This document shows, one piece after another, positions 10,380-21,989 of a stretch of DNA of 64,000 nt (its first letter is position 1; each line of letters opens with the position of its first letter). The stretch is from Carcharhinus longimanus (Eukaryota): the NCBI GenBank assembly GCA_030264375.1, contig JASCQW010000122.1, positions 26,151,947 to 26,215,946 on the forward strand, given 5' to 3'. The position numbers were made by a program, and so were the translations under genes. The notes beneath the pieces were generated by a model. It was given only the letters and a program-made list of their open reading frames with translations, ran no database searches and was not told the DNA's origin.

Positions 10380-13300
10380 GGGCAGAATTCTCCCATGTCC
10401 AACAATCAGTTTCACGCTGGCTTAAAATGACAGGTGGATCTTTCACAAGTTTCCACTATGGCAGGTTGTGATTCCCGCTAGAGGCCAGCGTGAATCCGAA
10501 TTGCATCCCACTGATGGGGCCACATTAGGACCAATGTGAAGTGCAAAATCGGGACTTACTTTAAGAAGACCTTGGACAGCTCATAAAGCCCCAAGAAGAA
10601 GGAGAAGGCCTTCAATAGCCGGACTCTAGTACGTCATGTGCAGCACCTGGGCGGGGGGGGTGGGGTGCTTCAACCACTCAGATCTTCTCCACAAAGCAGC
10701 ATCCAGAAAATGGTTGTTCTCAGCACAACAACTTCACCATAGGATTGGACCTTCTCCTAGGGATGTCGTCATAGGATCCGACCTTCTTCCAGGGTGGTCG
10801 CCATGGGATCAGATCATCCAGTTGTAGATGGAAAGCTGCAGGAGGTACTGTTGGGCCGTGAGAGGTGTGTTGTGGGGAGATGCTAAAAGAAGGATAGAAG
10901 AGGAATGAAGAGCTGGTGCAGAGATTCAAGCCTAAAGGGGGTTGTGGGTGGCTCGGGATGTTTGGGACAGGGCATCAGAGGAGTCTTGCAGGGCGCTAGG
11001 TGGAACAGAGCAGGAGGGTGGGAAGGGCTGTGATGTGTTCCAGGGAAGTAGAGGGTGTTATGTGTACATCTGCGGCACATGGGGAGGGGTGTCAAGGTAT
11101 GAACGGGTGTCGTCAAGACGTGAAGGGCTCACAGGGAGGGTTGGCATTGCCAATTGTGCACTTGGGTTGAATGAGGGTAGTATGATATGAGAGAATCCTG
11201 AGGGTTACAAGGGACAGAGGGAACATGTAGAATGGGAGGGTGACAGTATGGGAATGTCAAATTGAAAGATGCTGTGTTGGTGGTGGGGACAGTGAGGTAT
11301 TCATGGAATCAGTAGGTGGGCAGGAGGAGGGCGGACAAGCCAGTGTTAACAGACTGGGATTCTCGGGGCTAAAGGATGCGTGGATGTTGCTCCAAATGTT
11401 GTTGATGGAGAAGGGGGAGAATTGAAGAGTGGATGCTGAAAGTTTTGCTGGGGTGTCAACAGCTATGGGGCTAAAGTGGGAGACTAGGGTAGAAGAAATA
11501 GTGTCAGAAGTAAAGTAAAATGTGAGCATCACCATTACCTACCTGGTCAAAACTATGCAGAGCCTCATGGTGGGGATCTCGAGATACTGCTTGGGAGTTG
11601 GGTCAGTGAATGGATGGAGATGCAACATCGCAACTGGGTAGCTAAAAGGAAACCCCAACGTATAGTATTTATAATGCTAGGATCCTGGTACACTTGAGAC
11701 TTTAAAGGACAAAGGCTCAGCCATGTGGTGATGTCCGCCGATCACTGAAAATGGCAATGCAGATGGATAAAGTAGTCAAGAAAGCATTCAGCGTGGTTGC
11801 CTTCATCGGTTGATGTACTAAGTATAAGAATTGGCAGTCATGCTGCAGTTGTACAGAACTTTAGTTCGGCCTCATTTAGAACATTGTGTGCAATTCTGGT
11901 CACCACAATACCAGAAGGATTTGGATGCTTTGGAGAGAGTACGGAAGAGGTTTACCAGGATGTTGCCTAGTCTGGAGGGTATTAGTTATGAGGAGAGGTT
12001 TGTTCTCACTGGAACCATGAAGGTTGAGGAGTGACAGAGGATGGTGAATGTCAGAACACACTACCTGGGAAGGTGGTGGGAGCATGTACGATAGTGACAT
12101 TCAAGGTGCATTTAGGCAAATACATGAATAGGATGGGAATGGGAGGATACGGACCCCAAAAGTGCATACTGTTTTAGTTTAGGCAGGCACCTTGATTGGC
12201 ACAGGCTTGAAGGGCCGAAGGGCCTGTTCCTGTGCATTTCTTTTCTTTGTTCTTTGTGGGACAGTGCCTGCACATGGCTTGCAAGGCCCTGGCATATACC
12301 CTTGACTCCTTTCAGATGCTTCATTCCAGAGGATCTGGTGTCCACAGACAGATGAAGGGCAGGGGATGCAATCAGTAAGCAGTAAGGACCACACTGAAAG
12401 AAGACAGTAGACGTGAAAGTGATATTTACAAAGGTTTTCTAATCATGACATTCAATTGTTCACCCATGCAACCAGTTGTGATATAACATTTTTTGATTCT
12501 CCTTTTCCTGCTACTTCCTCTAAGCGTTCCCCCAGCGTCTACAGCAGTGTTGGAAGCAGGCTGCTGACTGGTTGACCCTGTTGCCTTGGATGACTCTGGT
12601 GGCTGCCCCCTGGGGACCTGGCTTACTTTGGATGTCCTGCTTTGGGACAATTGTTGCCTTTGTGGTGACAGAGGATGAGATTGAAGGGGTCACAGGCAAA
12701 GGAGATTTGGAATGACCTGACAACCACTGCGATTCCTGAATGGCTAACCCATGGATGTGGAACTGCTGCTCCTTCTCCCGCTAGGTGCCTGAGGGTCCCT
12801 GTCTGCCTCGTTGAAAAGAAAGGGCGCCTAGAGGGATTTTGAGGTGCCTGGTCCTCTCTCGAGCAGCAAGTGCTGCCCTGTGCATATCTGTGCAAGAATC
12901 TGCTGAACTAAGATCTCCATGGACTTGCCATCCTCCATGCCATCCTCCTCATGGAGACGTCAACATGCGCACAGGTCATCACCACTTCATCAGCCAGCTG
13001 GCAAATGGACTTGGCTGCATGCCATCTTGTTGAGGGTTTCCAACACCTCTGCCTGATGTTCCCCTGCCTCTTGCTGACTTCCCGGCATCAGTTGGATGGC
13101 TGATTCCAGAGGCCCATCATCGGGGATTTGGAATGACCTGACAACCCGCAGATGCCCCTTTCCTAGTATTGCTTCAAGTGCCAATGAACTTGGCTGACCC
13201 TGCGATCTCCTGATGTGGACATGTGTCCATGTGGTGACCATTAGCGTGTGAGACTCTTCCTATACTGGAGCTCATACCACAGTGTGTCTCTGGACTAGTG

Positions 13301-13700
13301 GAGAGTGCAGCTGTCTGTTGTAATGCCTCTACAGTTGCACATCTTTCTTTTTATGTTTTCTGCTCACTCCTGTCCAAGTTTGGGCTTGTGCTGAAGCCTG
13401 AAAAGGATTCTTCTGGCTTGGGCTTGGGCCTTGGCCTTTTTCGAGTGGCACCTTTAAATGAGAGAGAAGGCAGTGAATCACAGCATGAGCTGCCTTTGAC
13501 ATGGAAGTATCCATGTCCCTGAAGCTTCTGCTCCATGAAAGGATCCTTACTGGGAGGAGGCCCAAATCCATTCTCCCCATCTCCAATGGCCCAGTCCTGC
13601 TGCACACCTGCCAAGTAGGCTGCCCTCTCCTCAAGCTCTATCTGAACCTTCAGTTTTGGGTGATCCGCTCCCATCTTCTCATGTTCTCACTGGTTGTGGC
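10380..13700. mobile_element. Large degenerate DNA transposon (probably PIF/Harbinger) with a nested CR1
   Basis: Begins taaGGGCAGAATTCTCCC, a TIR motif shared with the MITEs in this window. Contains a purine-rich spacer at 10930-11530 and decayed minus-strand coding remnants at 12430-13670 (PRGQPPESSKATG...RGSSRKRRIKK). Boundaries are approximate. Confidence 0.45.
11740..12245 (+). mobile_element. CR1/HER1 LINE 3' fragment
   Basis: Translates to VMLQLYRTLVRPHLEHCVQFWSPQYQKDLDALERVRKRFTRMLP, the classic CR1 ORF2 C-terminus, followed by the tail gggccgaagggcctgttcctgtgc. Confidence 0.95.
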
Positions 13701-13854
13701 TTAAATTATCTTGCTCAAAGAAAACGAAAAAGATGCTTGAGAGAAACTGTATGTAGCACCATTTGTAGATAGTAATTTCACTTTGCATTTCTCATGCCTC
13801 TAGATGTTAGAGATAACTGAATTGTGTGGCATGGCATCAATGCATTGTTAAAGT

Positions 13855-14128
13855 TTAAAGTTTAGATCAGAGTTGAGGAGGAACTTCTTCACTCAAAGGG
13901 TGGTGAAGCTCTGGAATTCTCTGCCTGTTGAAGTGGTGGAGGCTACCTCGCTAAATATATTTAAGTCACGGGTAGATAAGTTTTTGATAGACAAGGGAAT
14001 TAAGGGTTATGGGGAGAAAGCGGGAAAGTGGAACTGATCCACTTCAGATCAGCCATGATCTTGTTGAATGGTGGGGCAGGCTCGAAGGGTTAGATGGCCT
14101 ACTCCTGCTCCTATTTCTTATGTTCTTA
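13855..14128 (+). mobile_element. CR1/HER1 LINE 3' end
   Basis: gaggaggaacttcttcactcaaagggtggtg...tggaattctctgcc...gatggcctactcctgctcctatttcttatgttctt. Confidence 0.9.
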
Positions 14129-15129
14129 TCAGATTTTGGCCCCTTTGGATTAATTGATGGACAGCCTACATTGACTCATCTTGGTTTTGTTTTGGCTTAT
14201 CACTTTATATCAATGACATTATGCACACACGGGGTCATTTTGCTTTTTTTAGCAATTGAGCCATGATAATCGGTCCCTGGAGAGCTCCAGAAACAAAAGT
14301 TTTTCTTGTTTATGTATATTTAATTTTTCTGTTTGTCATTTAGTGCGTATATGAAGAGCACTGACAGTGAATAATGGTGTTTGATTCCCGAAACATTTGA
14401 AAGATGTATCTGCACTTTTCCTTTAATTTAGTTCAGGGGGATTGGAAGGCTTCTTTCACTGACGTTAATTCCAAAGAAATTGAAACTTTTGGTCCTAATA
14501 AAGATGCCTGGGTGCTGGGAAAGGTCACATCAAGCTCGGTTATGATAATTGCCATGTCGCATGAAGGGCCCAAAATACAAGAGAGATGAGTCATGCCGGG
14601 GCTGTGTGCAGGGTTTATTCTGTTTGCTGTATTTTTAGGACAGAGGGACTGATAACACAAATAAGGCCTTCAGTCCGGATTCCTTTTACTGCAGATGCCA
14701 TCATACTAAGGGAATGCCTTGTGTTCCTAACTGTCATTAATCAGTGCTGTGTTCCAAAATTAACTTTACTGGAACAGCTGCCGTAGGTCGATTGGGACTT
14801 TACACTCTAACTTGAATAACTGCTTCCAGTCTGTCTGACATATTAGCTCTGCTCAAACTCCTTCATCTAGAGACAGGGTGCCATGTGTCCTTACAGATTA
14901 TCAACAGAATCACCTGCTTTACATTCCAATTGACTTTTGGCTACAGCTTACCCATTAATGCTGTGAGCAATCCTGCTCGATAGTGTCCTGCAGGTGCACA
15001 GAATAACTCGAGAGAAGTCAGGAGATGGATGTAATGCATTTTTCAACGAGCTTCCCAAGCTAAGACAGTGCGGGGAACCAGTAAACTCAAAAAAATGCAT
15101 TCTGATATAAAACATAAAGAAAGCCTTGA

Positions 15130-15810
15130 TTTACAGAGTAAGAATTAGATCATATTGTGGATGAAGGACTGTACAGTTCTCGGTCTCAATCAGCTCTTTG
15201 AACCTGCTCTGCCATTCAATAAGATCTTGGCTGACCTGGTTGTGATCTCGTTTCCACTTTGCAATCTGCTCCCCCACCCCGCAACCCTGTCCCCATAACT
15301 TTTGACTCCCTTGTGTATCAAAAATCTGCCTAACTCTGCAGTGAATAAATTTAATAACTCAGCCTCCCCATCTTCTTGGGGGAGAGACAGTTGGCCCTCT
15401 GAGGGGGGAAAAAAATCTTTTTATCTCCGTCTTAGAAGGTAGACCTCTTATTCGTAAACTGTGTCCCTTAGTTCTAGTCCCTATCGCGAGGAGAAGCATC
15501 CTCCCAGTATCCGCTCTATCAATTCCCTCAGGAACTTGTATGTTTCAAGCAGATAAACTTCCATTCTTCTAAACCTCCATGGGATTGGCCCAACCAGTTC
15601 TACCTTTCTTCATAAGATAAACTCCTCATCCCAGAACCTTCCCTGAACTGCTTCTAAGGCAATTATATATATTTCTTCAAATAAAGAGACCAAAGCTGTA
15701 TGGGATGTTTGAATTGTGGTCTCACCAGTGCCCTGTACAGCTGCAGTAAAACCTCCTTACTTTCATATACCATTCCCCTTGCAATGAACGAAACATTCCA
15801 TTTGCCTACC
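15130..15810 (-). mobile_element. CR1/HER1 LINE 3' fragment
   Basis: Minus-strand translation gives FIARGMVYESKEVLLQLYRALVRPQ...QLWSLYLKK. Confidence 0.9.
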
Positions 15811-15914
15811 AAATCACTGACTGTAAATAACTGATGCATGAGGATACTGAGAAGTTGGATGTCAAGAAGCATGTGGTGGAAAAGAAGTAGGCAAGCAAAA
15901 GCTCACATTCAAAC

Positions 15915-16083
15915 TAAAAGTTTATTAAAGTTTATTTATTAGTGTCACAAGTAGGCTTGCCCTAACATTGTAATGCATGTCTTTTGGGCTACGGGAGGAA
16001 ACTGGAGCACTCGGAGGAATTCCACGCAAACTCGGGGAGAACAGGCAGATTCTGTACAGACAATGATTCAAACCAGGATTTGA
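15915..16083 (-). mobile_element. HE1-type V-SINE, tail B, truncated by the adjacent copy
   Basis: aaagtttatttattagtgtcacaagtaggctt followed by the reverse V-domain. Confidence 0.8.
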
Positions 16084-16378
16084 ATCATAGAATAGAATCC
16101 CTAAGTACAGAAGGAGGCCGTTCGGCCCATTGAACCTGCCCTGACAACAATTCCACCCTATCCCCGTAACCCCACATATTTGCTCTGCTAATCCCCCTGA
16201 AACTAGGATCAATTTATCATGGCCAATCATCCTCACCCACGCACCTTTAGCCTGTGGGAGGAAACCAGAGCACCCGGAGGCAATGCACACGGACATGTGG
16301 GGAGACAGTGACCCAAGCTAGGAATTGAACCTGGGTTCCTGGTGCTGTGAGGCAACAATGCTAGCCATCGTGCTGCCG
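16084..16378 (-). mobile_element. HE1 V-SINE, CR1-type tail A
   Basis: Reverse head (gctgtgaggcaacaatgctagcca) and tail (catagaatagaatccc...gaaggaggccgttcggccc). Confidence 0.85.
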
Positions 16379-17454
16379 CTAATCTGCAAAAAGATACTTG
16401 CTAAAGTCATGTTGTCTAAATTATTTCCTAACATATACTAGGAGGGAGCAGGAAGCTTTGATGTGAGGGGGGTAAGACCGAATCAGTTAAGTGGCTATCT
16501 GCAATGTACAAAGTACTGAGAGAATGAGTTTCAAAAACATTTGTTTCTGAATAATGTATGAATAATTCATGTGATGTGCATGTTGGAAGTAAGCAGCGTC
16601 TCAATTTTCTATTCTGAATAAGTCTGTAAGTATTGTGAATTCTGTTGGCAAAGACCAGTATGCCGATTAGGCACTCCAATGGTATATTTTCATTGAGATT
16701 GCTCTGAAGGTCCATTGGCACTACCCCCAGGCAACATGAATAAATGGATCAGCCCTCAAACATCAGCATCGACATCAGCTCAAACACACTCCAGAAAGCG
16801 AACAACGGGTCACTGTCACAAGTGTTGCTTCCCATGTCAAATTGAAAATGGAAATGAGGCTGCCCTTAGAACAGAGAAGACCAAGGACGGAAGTCTGTAA
16901 CTTAATTTTGAATTGAATATTCCAGACATAAAAATTTCAGTGCAACAAAACATGGAAGGGCTGGACTTCCAGCTTCTAGAATTATCCACTGAGGTATTGC
17001 AGCGAATACTGCAATGTATGTTCGATGGTTAACATCATGATGTTGGTGTTGTCATATGTTGGCTTAACGTTCTTTGGTGTGCCAGCGGGATTCTGGTGTC
17101 CTCCATTGAGATGACAAACAGCTTTGGTATCCCTGAGTTAGAGGGGGCTGCTAGTGGCACTGTCCCGTTTGGATTTTGTTCTATCCTTGCAGAGTTGGAC
17201 ATGTCTATTGTCCCCCATTGAACATCTCCACTGGCAATATGTACAAGTTGCAAAGACAATCAGATGAGAATGCATGGCGGAAAGAGAGTGCACAGGCTGG
17301 ATTAGCTAGATGTAAAAATAAATAAAATAAAATTCAGGAGATCCCTTCATTTTTTATGAAATAAACAGAGTCGAGTATGTTTGTGATTTATAATTGATTT
17401 ATATCAAGCATAGTTAATGACACAACATAGAATAGCTTCATTTGTGGCTTGCAA

Positions 17455-17552
17455 TTCTGAAGAAGAGTCATCTTAGTGTCAGAATGTTAAGTGTTTCTCT
17501 CTCCACAGATGTAGCCAGATCTGCTGAGTTTTCCTAACACTGCTTTTATTTA
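17455..17552 (+). mobile_element. Short Penelope-pLTR-like element of a second family (CTGAAGA hammerhead-like remnant)
   Basis: CTGAAGAagagtca...tttctctctccacagatgtagccagatctgctgagtttt. A reverse copy lies at about 35960-36060. Confidence 0.45.
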
Positions 17553-17694
17553 ATTTGTGGTTATGAAGCAATAAAATCTTCAATGGCCTTCTGGTTTGTT
17601 CTAAAATAACTTTACTAGTGAGGACCTACAAGTCAGTCACATCTTCTGTAATGATAATTATTATAATGACTACTGCTGATATGCCACATCTCTT

Positions 17695-18085
17695 CACTTT
17701 TCTTTATTCTTTCATGCGATGTGGGTGTCACTGGCTGGCCAGCATTTGTTGCCCATCCCGAATTGCCCTTGAACTGGGTGGCTTATTAGACCATTTCAGA
17801 GAGCGTTTAAGAAACAACCACATTGTTGCGGCTCTGGAGTCACATGTAGGCCAGACCATGTAAGGTTGGCAGATTTCCCTCCCTAAAGGGAACTTTAGTG
17901 AACCAGATGGGTTTTTCCAACAATCGACAATGGTTTCATAGTTGTCAGTAGATTCTTAATTCCAGATATTTTTTATTGAATTCAAATTCCACCATCTGCT
18001 GTGGTGGGATTCGAACCCTGGTCCCCAGAGCTGAGTTTCTGGATTAATAGTCTAGTGATAATACTACAAGGCTGTTGCCTCTGCC
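17695..18085 (-). mobile_element. Family-2 tRNA-headed SINE (LINE-derived head and tail)
   Basis: Reverse complement of the 24533-24880 and 60596-60960 elements. B-box appears as ggattcgaacc. Confidence 0.85.
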
Positions 18086-18659
18086 AAACTGCTGTTGTGT
18101 GTGCTTGAAAAAATTTACACTGCATAGTTTGGGATTTTTTTTGGTATGTTTTTTAAATGGCATTTCCTGTATGAAACCTGTGCAGATTTCTAACCTAGCA
18201 TCACTGATGGTTCATTGGTAAACCACCAATGTAGTCAGTAACATACAAACAGATGGTTCCAGGTTGATTCCAATACTGGATCCTAATAGATCGAAATTGG
18301 GAGAACAATTGTTTAACCACAGGGCCTCTGAATAACTAAAGAAAAATTCTTGGCATAGTTTTTGCTTGTATTTCTTCCTGGAAATGCTGATGTCCCATTT
18401 TGACTTTCATTCCATCAGAATGCAGATGGAGGTTATGAAATCCAGTCCAGGAAAGAGAAGGGAAAGTGGAATTCTGCCCCTGTATGAGGGCGGGTGTCAG
18501 ATGAGAACTAAATCTAGCAGAATGGAGTTGGCCTTCGGAGCTGAATCAGCTGCTGAAATTCACTGTCTTCATTCCTAGATGAAGAAGGGATGTTTGGTTG
18601 AGACATCAGTTGCTGCCAGTGACTGAGGAATCAAATGTGTCAAAGATTCACCTCTCGGA

Positions 18660-18890
18660 GTAGAGTCATAGAGAAATAGGCCATTTGGCCGAGCTCATCT
18701 ATGCTAACGAGGTTCCCTCAACTGAACTCGTCCCATTTGCCTGCATTTGGCCCATATCCCTCTAAACCTTTTCCATCCATGTATCTGTCCAAATATGTTT
18801 TAATTGTTGCAATTAACCTGCTCTGGCAGCTCATTCCATACAGGCTGTGAAAAAGTTGTCCCTCTCACCTTAAACCTATGCCCGCTAGTT
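18660..18890 (-). mobile_element. CR1/HER1 LINE 3' end
   Basis: catagagaaataggccatttggccga...cccatatccctctaaacc...ctctggcagctcattccata. Confidence 0.8.
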
Positions 18891-19304
18891 TAAGAGTTAA
18901 AGGGAGTTGGATAAGGAAACTTGTTAATGCAAATTGACATGTTAATTAATTCTCAATAACAATTTTAAACAAAACAGATTATAACATGGGCCCACCTGCA
19001 ATTTAATATTTAAATAACAAGTTGACTCACCTGCACAGGTATGCTAAATCTGCTTAGGGCTGCAGGTAGCTTTCCGCATCCGTAAGGGTTGTAAAGGCAT
19101 CATCTTACCATTGGATCACTCTTGTTTGCAAATTTTTGTCAAGTCATTTGTCAGTCATTTTAATGGCACTTTTTAAGATTTTAACTGCTTTTGATTATGG
19201 TGTTGAATAATGTATGGTGCCATTGTAAATTATTACCGGCAGGGTTTTAGGAAGTTAAAGCATGTTTTGAGATGTGTTATTGATGATTCTATTTAATTTT
19301 TCAG

Positions 19305-19436
19305 TGTTCCTGTGCCTTGTGATTGTGGAAAGGAGGTTGACCCTATTCTTCCATCTGCAACCTTATCTTTGCCCCTGCAGTCAAATGGAATAGATGAGCC
19401 GTTGTTTGATACTGCACATCTCCTAAAAGAGCTATA
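19305..19436 (+). CDS. Cassette exon B (132 nt, phase 2-2): (S)VPVPCDCGKEVDPILPSATLSLPLQSNGIDEPLFDTAHLLKEL
   Basis: Acceptor atttaatttttcAG, donor TA|GTATGT. Same length as exon D and alignable to it (LQS..D.P..D.A...KEL). Confidence 0.75.
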
Positions 19437-20392
19437 GTATGTGGTGAAAACTTCTCATCAACTGCTTTATTATTCTGAGTGAGAATTAGTGTATTTTAAA
19501 CAGATAAAAAGTAAGAGCTGCTCGTAGATAGGGAATCATTTGCCCATATGTGACACATGATTCTGTGACACAGGGTAATCTTTTCATTTTCAATAAAAAG
19601 ACCTGGCCGGAAAATGATCACATTTGGATATGTATTCACCATTCACTGCACAGGGAACAGCAAGACTTGATCTGTAATGATTCGAGATACTGTTCTTTTT
19701 AGCCTTCAACATTGAAGCTTTCATTGTGATGATATCAGATGGGAAGCAGATGTTATCAGGTGCCTGAAGACGAGGGATTTACAGAGAACATTTGTTCTGA
19801 TCTCTTCTTTCTGCGAGTGCTAACAGTCTGATCAGGTGGAGCGTCACTCTTTGCCTATCTGATACCAGGTCCCCTCAGGCAATGTAGTCAGAGTCATGCT
19901 GCAGCACCTTAGGGGGAAGCTAAAGATTCACCTCAACTGCAGCTTAACGTACAGCCTACTCAAAGCTGTGTAACACTGCTATTCTCTAAGCTCTCCATCC
20001 CCACAGTTTAATAAGTGGTCTTGGAAATTGAACTCTTGATGATGAAACTCGTTTCATTGACGACACTTAGCAGATGAAAGATGCATGGGTTCCATCTATC
20101 TAGCTGGAGAAAAATGAAAGCTCAACAGCTTCTTCTACTCAGCTTAGTGCACCAGTGGGACAACTTTATAAATCTTCTCGTCTGGCCGCGCGCACTAGAC
20201 GATTGACACGCTGCGCAAGACTTTCATCTATTATAGGTTTTATAACGTAAAACAATTCACATCATTGGAAGGACATTGTTCTGCTTTTGTTTATTGATGA
20301 CACTATGAACTAGCTCAAATCGATGAGCAAAGTATTGGATCTGTGTACGTGCCTGTGCCATACTTGACTCATGTTTGATCATTTTTTTCCAG

Positions 20393-20503
20393 CAATACTG
20401 TGTACGGTGACACTGCAGAGCCAATTCCTTCTCCATTTTCTCCTCCTCCTCTTCCTCCGTGCAGTGGGACAGACGCTGTTGATGTGGAACATGTTTCAAT
20501 AAG
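20393..20503 (+). CDS. Cassette exon C (111 nt, phase 2-2): NTVYGDTAEPIPSPFSPPPLPPCSGTDAVDVEHVSI
   Basis: Acceptor atttttttccAG, donor AG|GTATTG. The core agagccaatt...ccattt...cctcttc is shared with exon E. Confidence 0.8.
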
Positions 20504-20592
20504 GTATTGCAAATTTATACAAAGATTTATTCTGCAGCATTCAGCCTTTTATGAAGCTGATACTTCACTTACTTCTCTGTTTCTTGCAGCTA

Positions 20593-20800
20593 TGATGTGG
20601 AGATGCTGGTGTTGGACTAGGGTGGGCACAGTAAGAAGTCTCACGACACCAGGTTAAAGTCCAAGAGGTTTATTTGGTATCACAAGCTTTTGGAGTGCTG
20701 CCCCTTCATCAGCTGAGTCACTTGATGAAGGAGCAGCGCTCTGAAAGCTTGTGATTCCAAATAACCTGTTGGACTTTAACCTGGTGTTGTGAGACTTTTT
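20593..20800. mobile_element. Palindromic Penelope-pLTR element with two opposed hammerhead motifs
   Basis: Arms 20636-20712 and 20722-20797 are inverted copies of 775-875. Flanked by a TSD-like tctgtt(t)cttgca. Confidence 0.85.
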
Positions 20801-21066
20801 TCTGTTCTTGCATTTTTACCATATTTCAGTATATTTTATTCAGTCATAAATGTATTTTTCTTTTGACGAGCAGTCGCACTGTCTTGTGATGCCTCTGATC
20901 TCACCCTCCTATTTTAAACAGTGCACATTCTGCTGAGGTTGATTCTCAAGTGGATTTGATGAAAAAAAATTGCAATGACTTCTTGGAATTCTATAGAATC
21001 CTTAACTTTGTTCTTGATTTCTCAGCGTGGCAATATATTTTTTAGCTCTGTTAATGTCATTCACTA

Positions 21067-21362
21067 GGAGTGGCACAGTGGTTAGCACTGCTGCCTCACA
21101 GCACCAGGCACCCGGGTTCGAATCCCGGCTTGGGTCCCTGTCTGTGTGGAGTCTGCATGTTCTCCCTGTGTCTGCGTGGCTTTCCTCTGGGTGCTCCGGT
21201 TTTCTCCCACAGTCTGAAAAACGTGCTGGTTAGGTGTATTGACCACCTAAATTCTCCCACAGTGTACAGGCACCAGAATGTGGTGACTAACGAATTTTCA
21301 CAGTAACTTCATTGCCATGTTAATATAAGCCTACTTATGACACTAATAAATAAACTTTAACT
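21067..21362 (+). mobile_element. HE1-type V-SINE, tail B
   Basis: A/B boxes tggcacagtgg and gggttcgaatccc, V-domain, and tail cacagtaacttcattg...cactaataaataaacttt. Confidence 0.9.
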
Positions 21363-21647
21363 AAGTGTCATTCTGATTTAGTTGAATTTTGTTTTGTTGG
21401 TATGTATTCAGAGGTATCACAAAACTTGTATAGGAAGTTATTTGTTTCTATGTCCAATGATGGCAAGATTATACTTTTCTTATTAAATCAATATTTCCAC
21501 TTATTCTGTTCAGTTAAGTAGGGACTGCAACATCCGTATTGCAGCAGTGGTGCAGAACAACTGGGGCCATTGTTTCTTAGCCAATAATCTGACATTGCTC
21601 AATGTTGTGAGGACAGTATATTAACACATCTGGCATATGATAGACAT

Positions 21648-21790
21648 TGGGGCAGGTGAATTTTCCAATCCTGCTGGCTGTGGGAATCGTTGCGGGTGGG
21701 ACGCAAAAATTGACGGACCATTTGAAGGTCCATTGACCTTGGGTGGGAATTTCTGGCCTCAGGGCAGGTGTGACTGGAAAATTCTGGCTT
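21648..21790. mobile_element. MITE (Harbinger-like TIRs)
   Basis: Ends gaattttcca and tggaaaattc are inverted. Internal similarity to 32017-32133 and 33745-33848. Confidence 0.55.
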
Positions 21791-21989
21791 GGCAATGTGT
21801 CAGAAATCAGAATGTCATGTGTCAGCAGCCAGTTAAGGACTTCTATCATCTGAAAAGATGCTTAATTTTGATCCAGCTGTGGGCCAATTTGATCCTTTGA
21901 AATATCAGCGGAGGGCGGTGCAATTGGCACAGTGGTTTGTTTGTTTCCTCCCACAGCCCAAAGATATACAGGTTAACTTGATTGACCAT

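Noticed and set aside
14404-14589. ORF/exon candidate (GDWKASFTDVNSKEIETFGPNKDAW, or an 87-nt phase-2 reading 14437-14523)
   Set aside because: The donor GTCACA is poor, the phase-2 peptide is unlike the other exons, and no homology was recognised.
21070-21135. tRNA-like A/B boxes
   Set aside because: These are SINE heads, not tRNA genes. There is no cloverleaf, and they continue into the V-domain.
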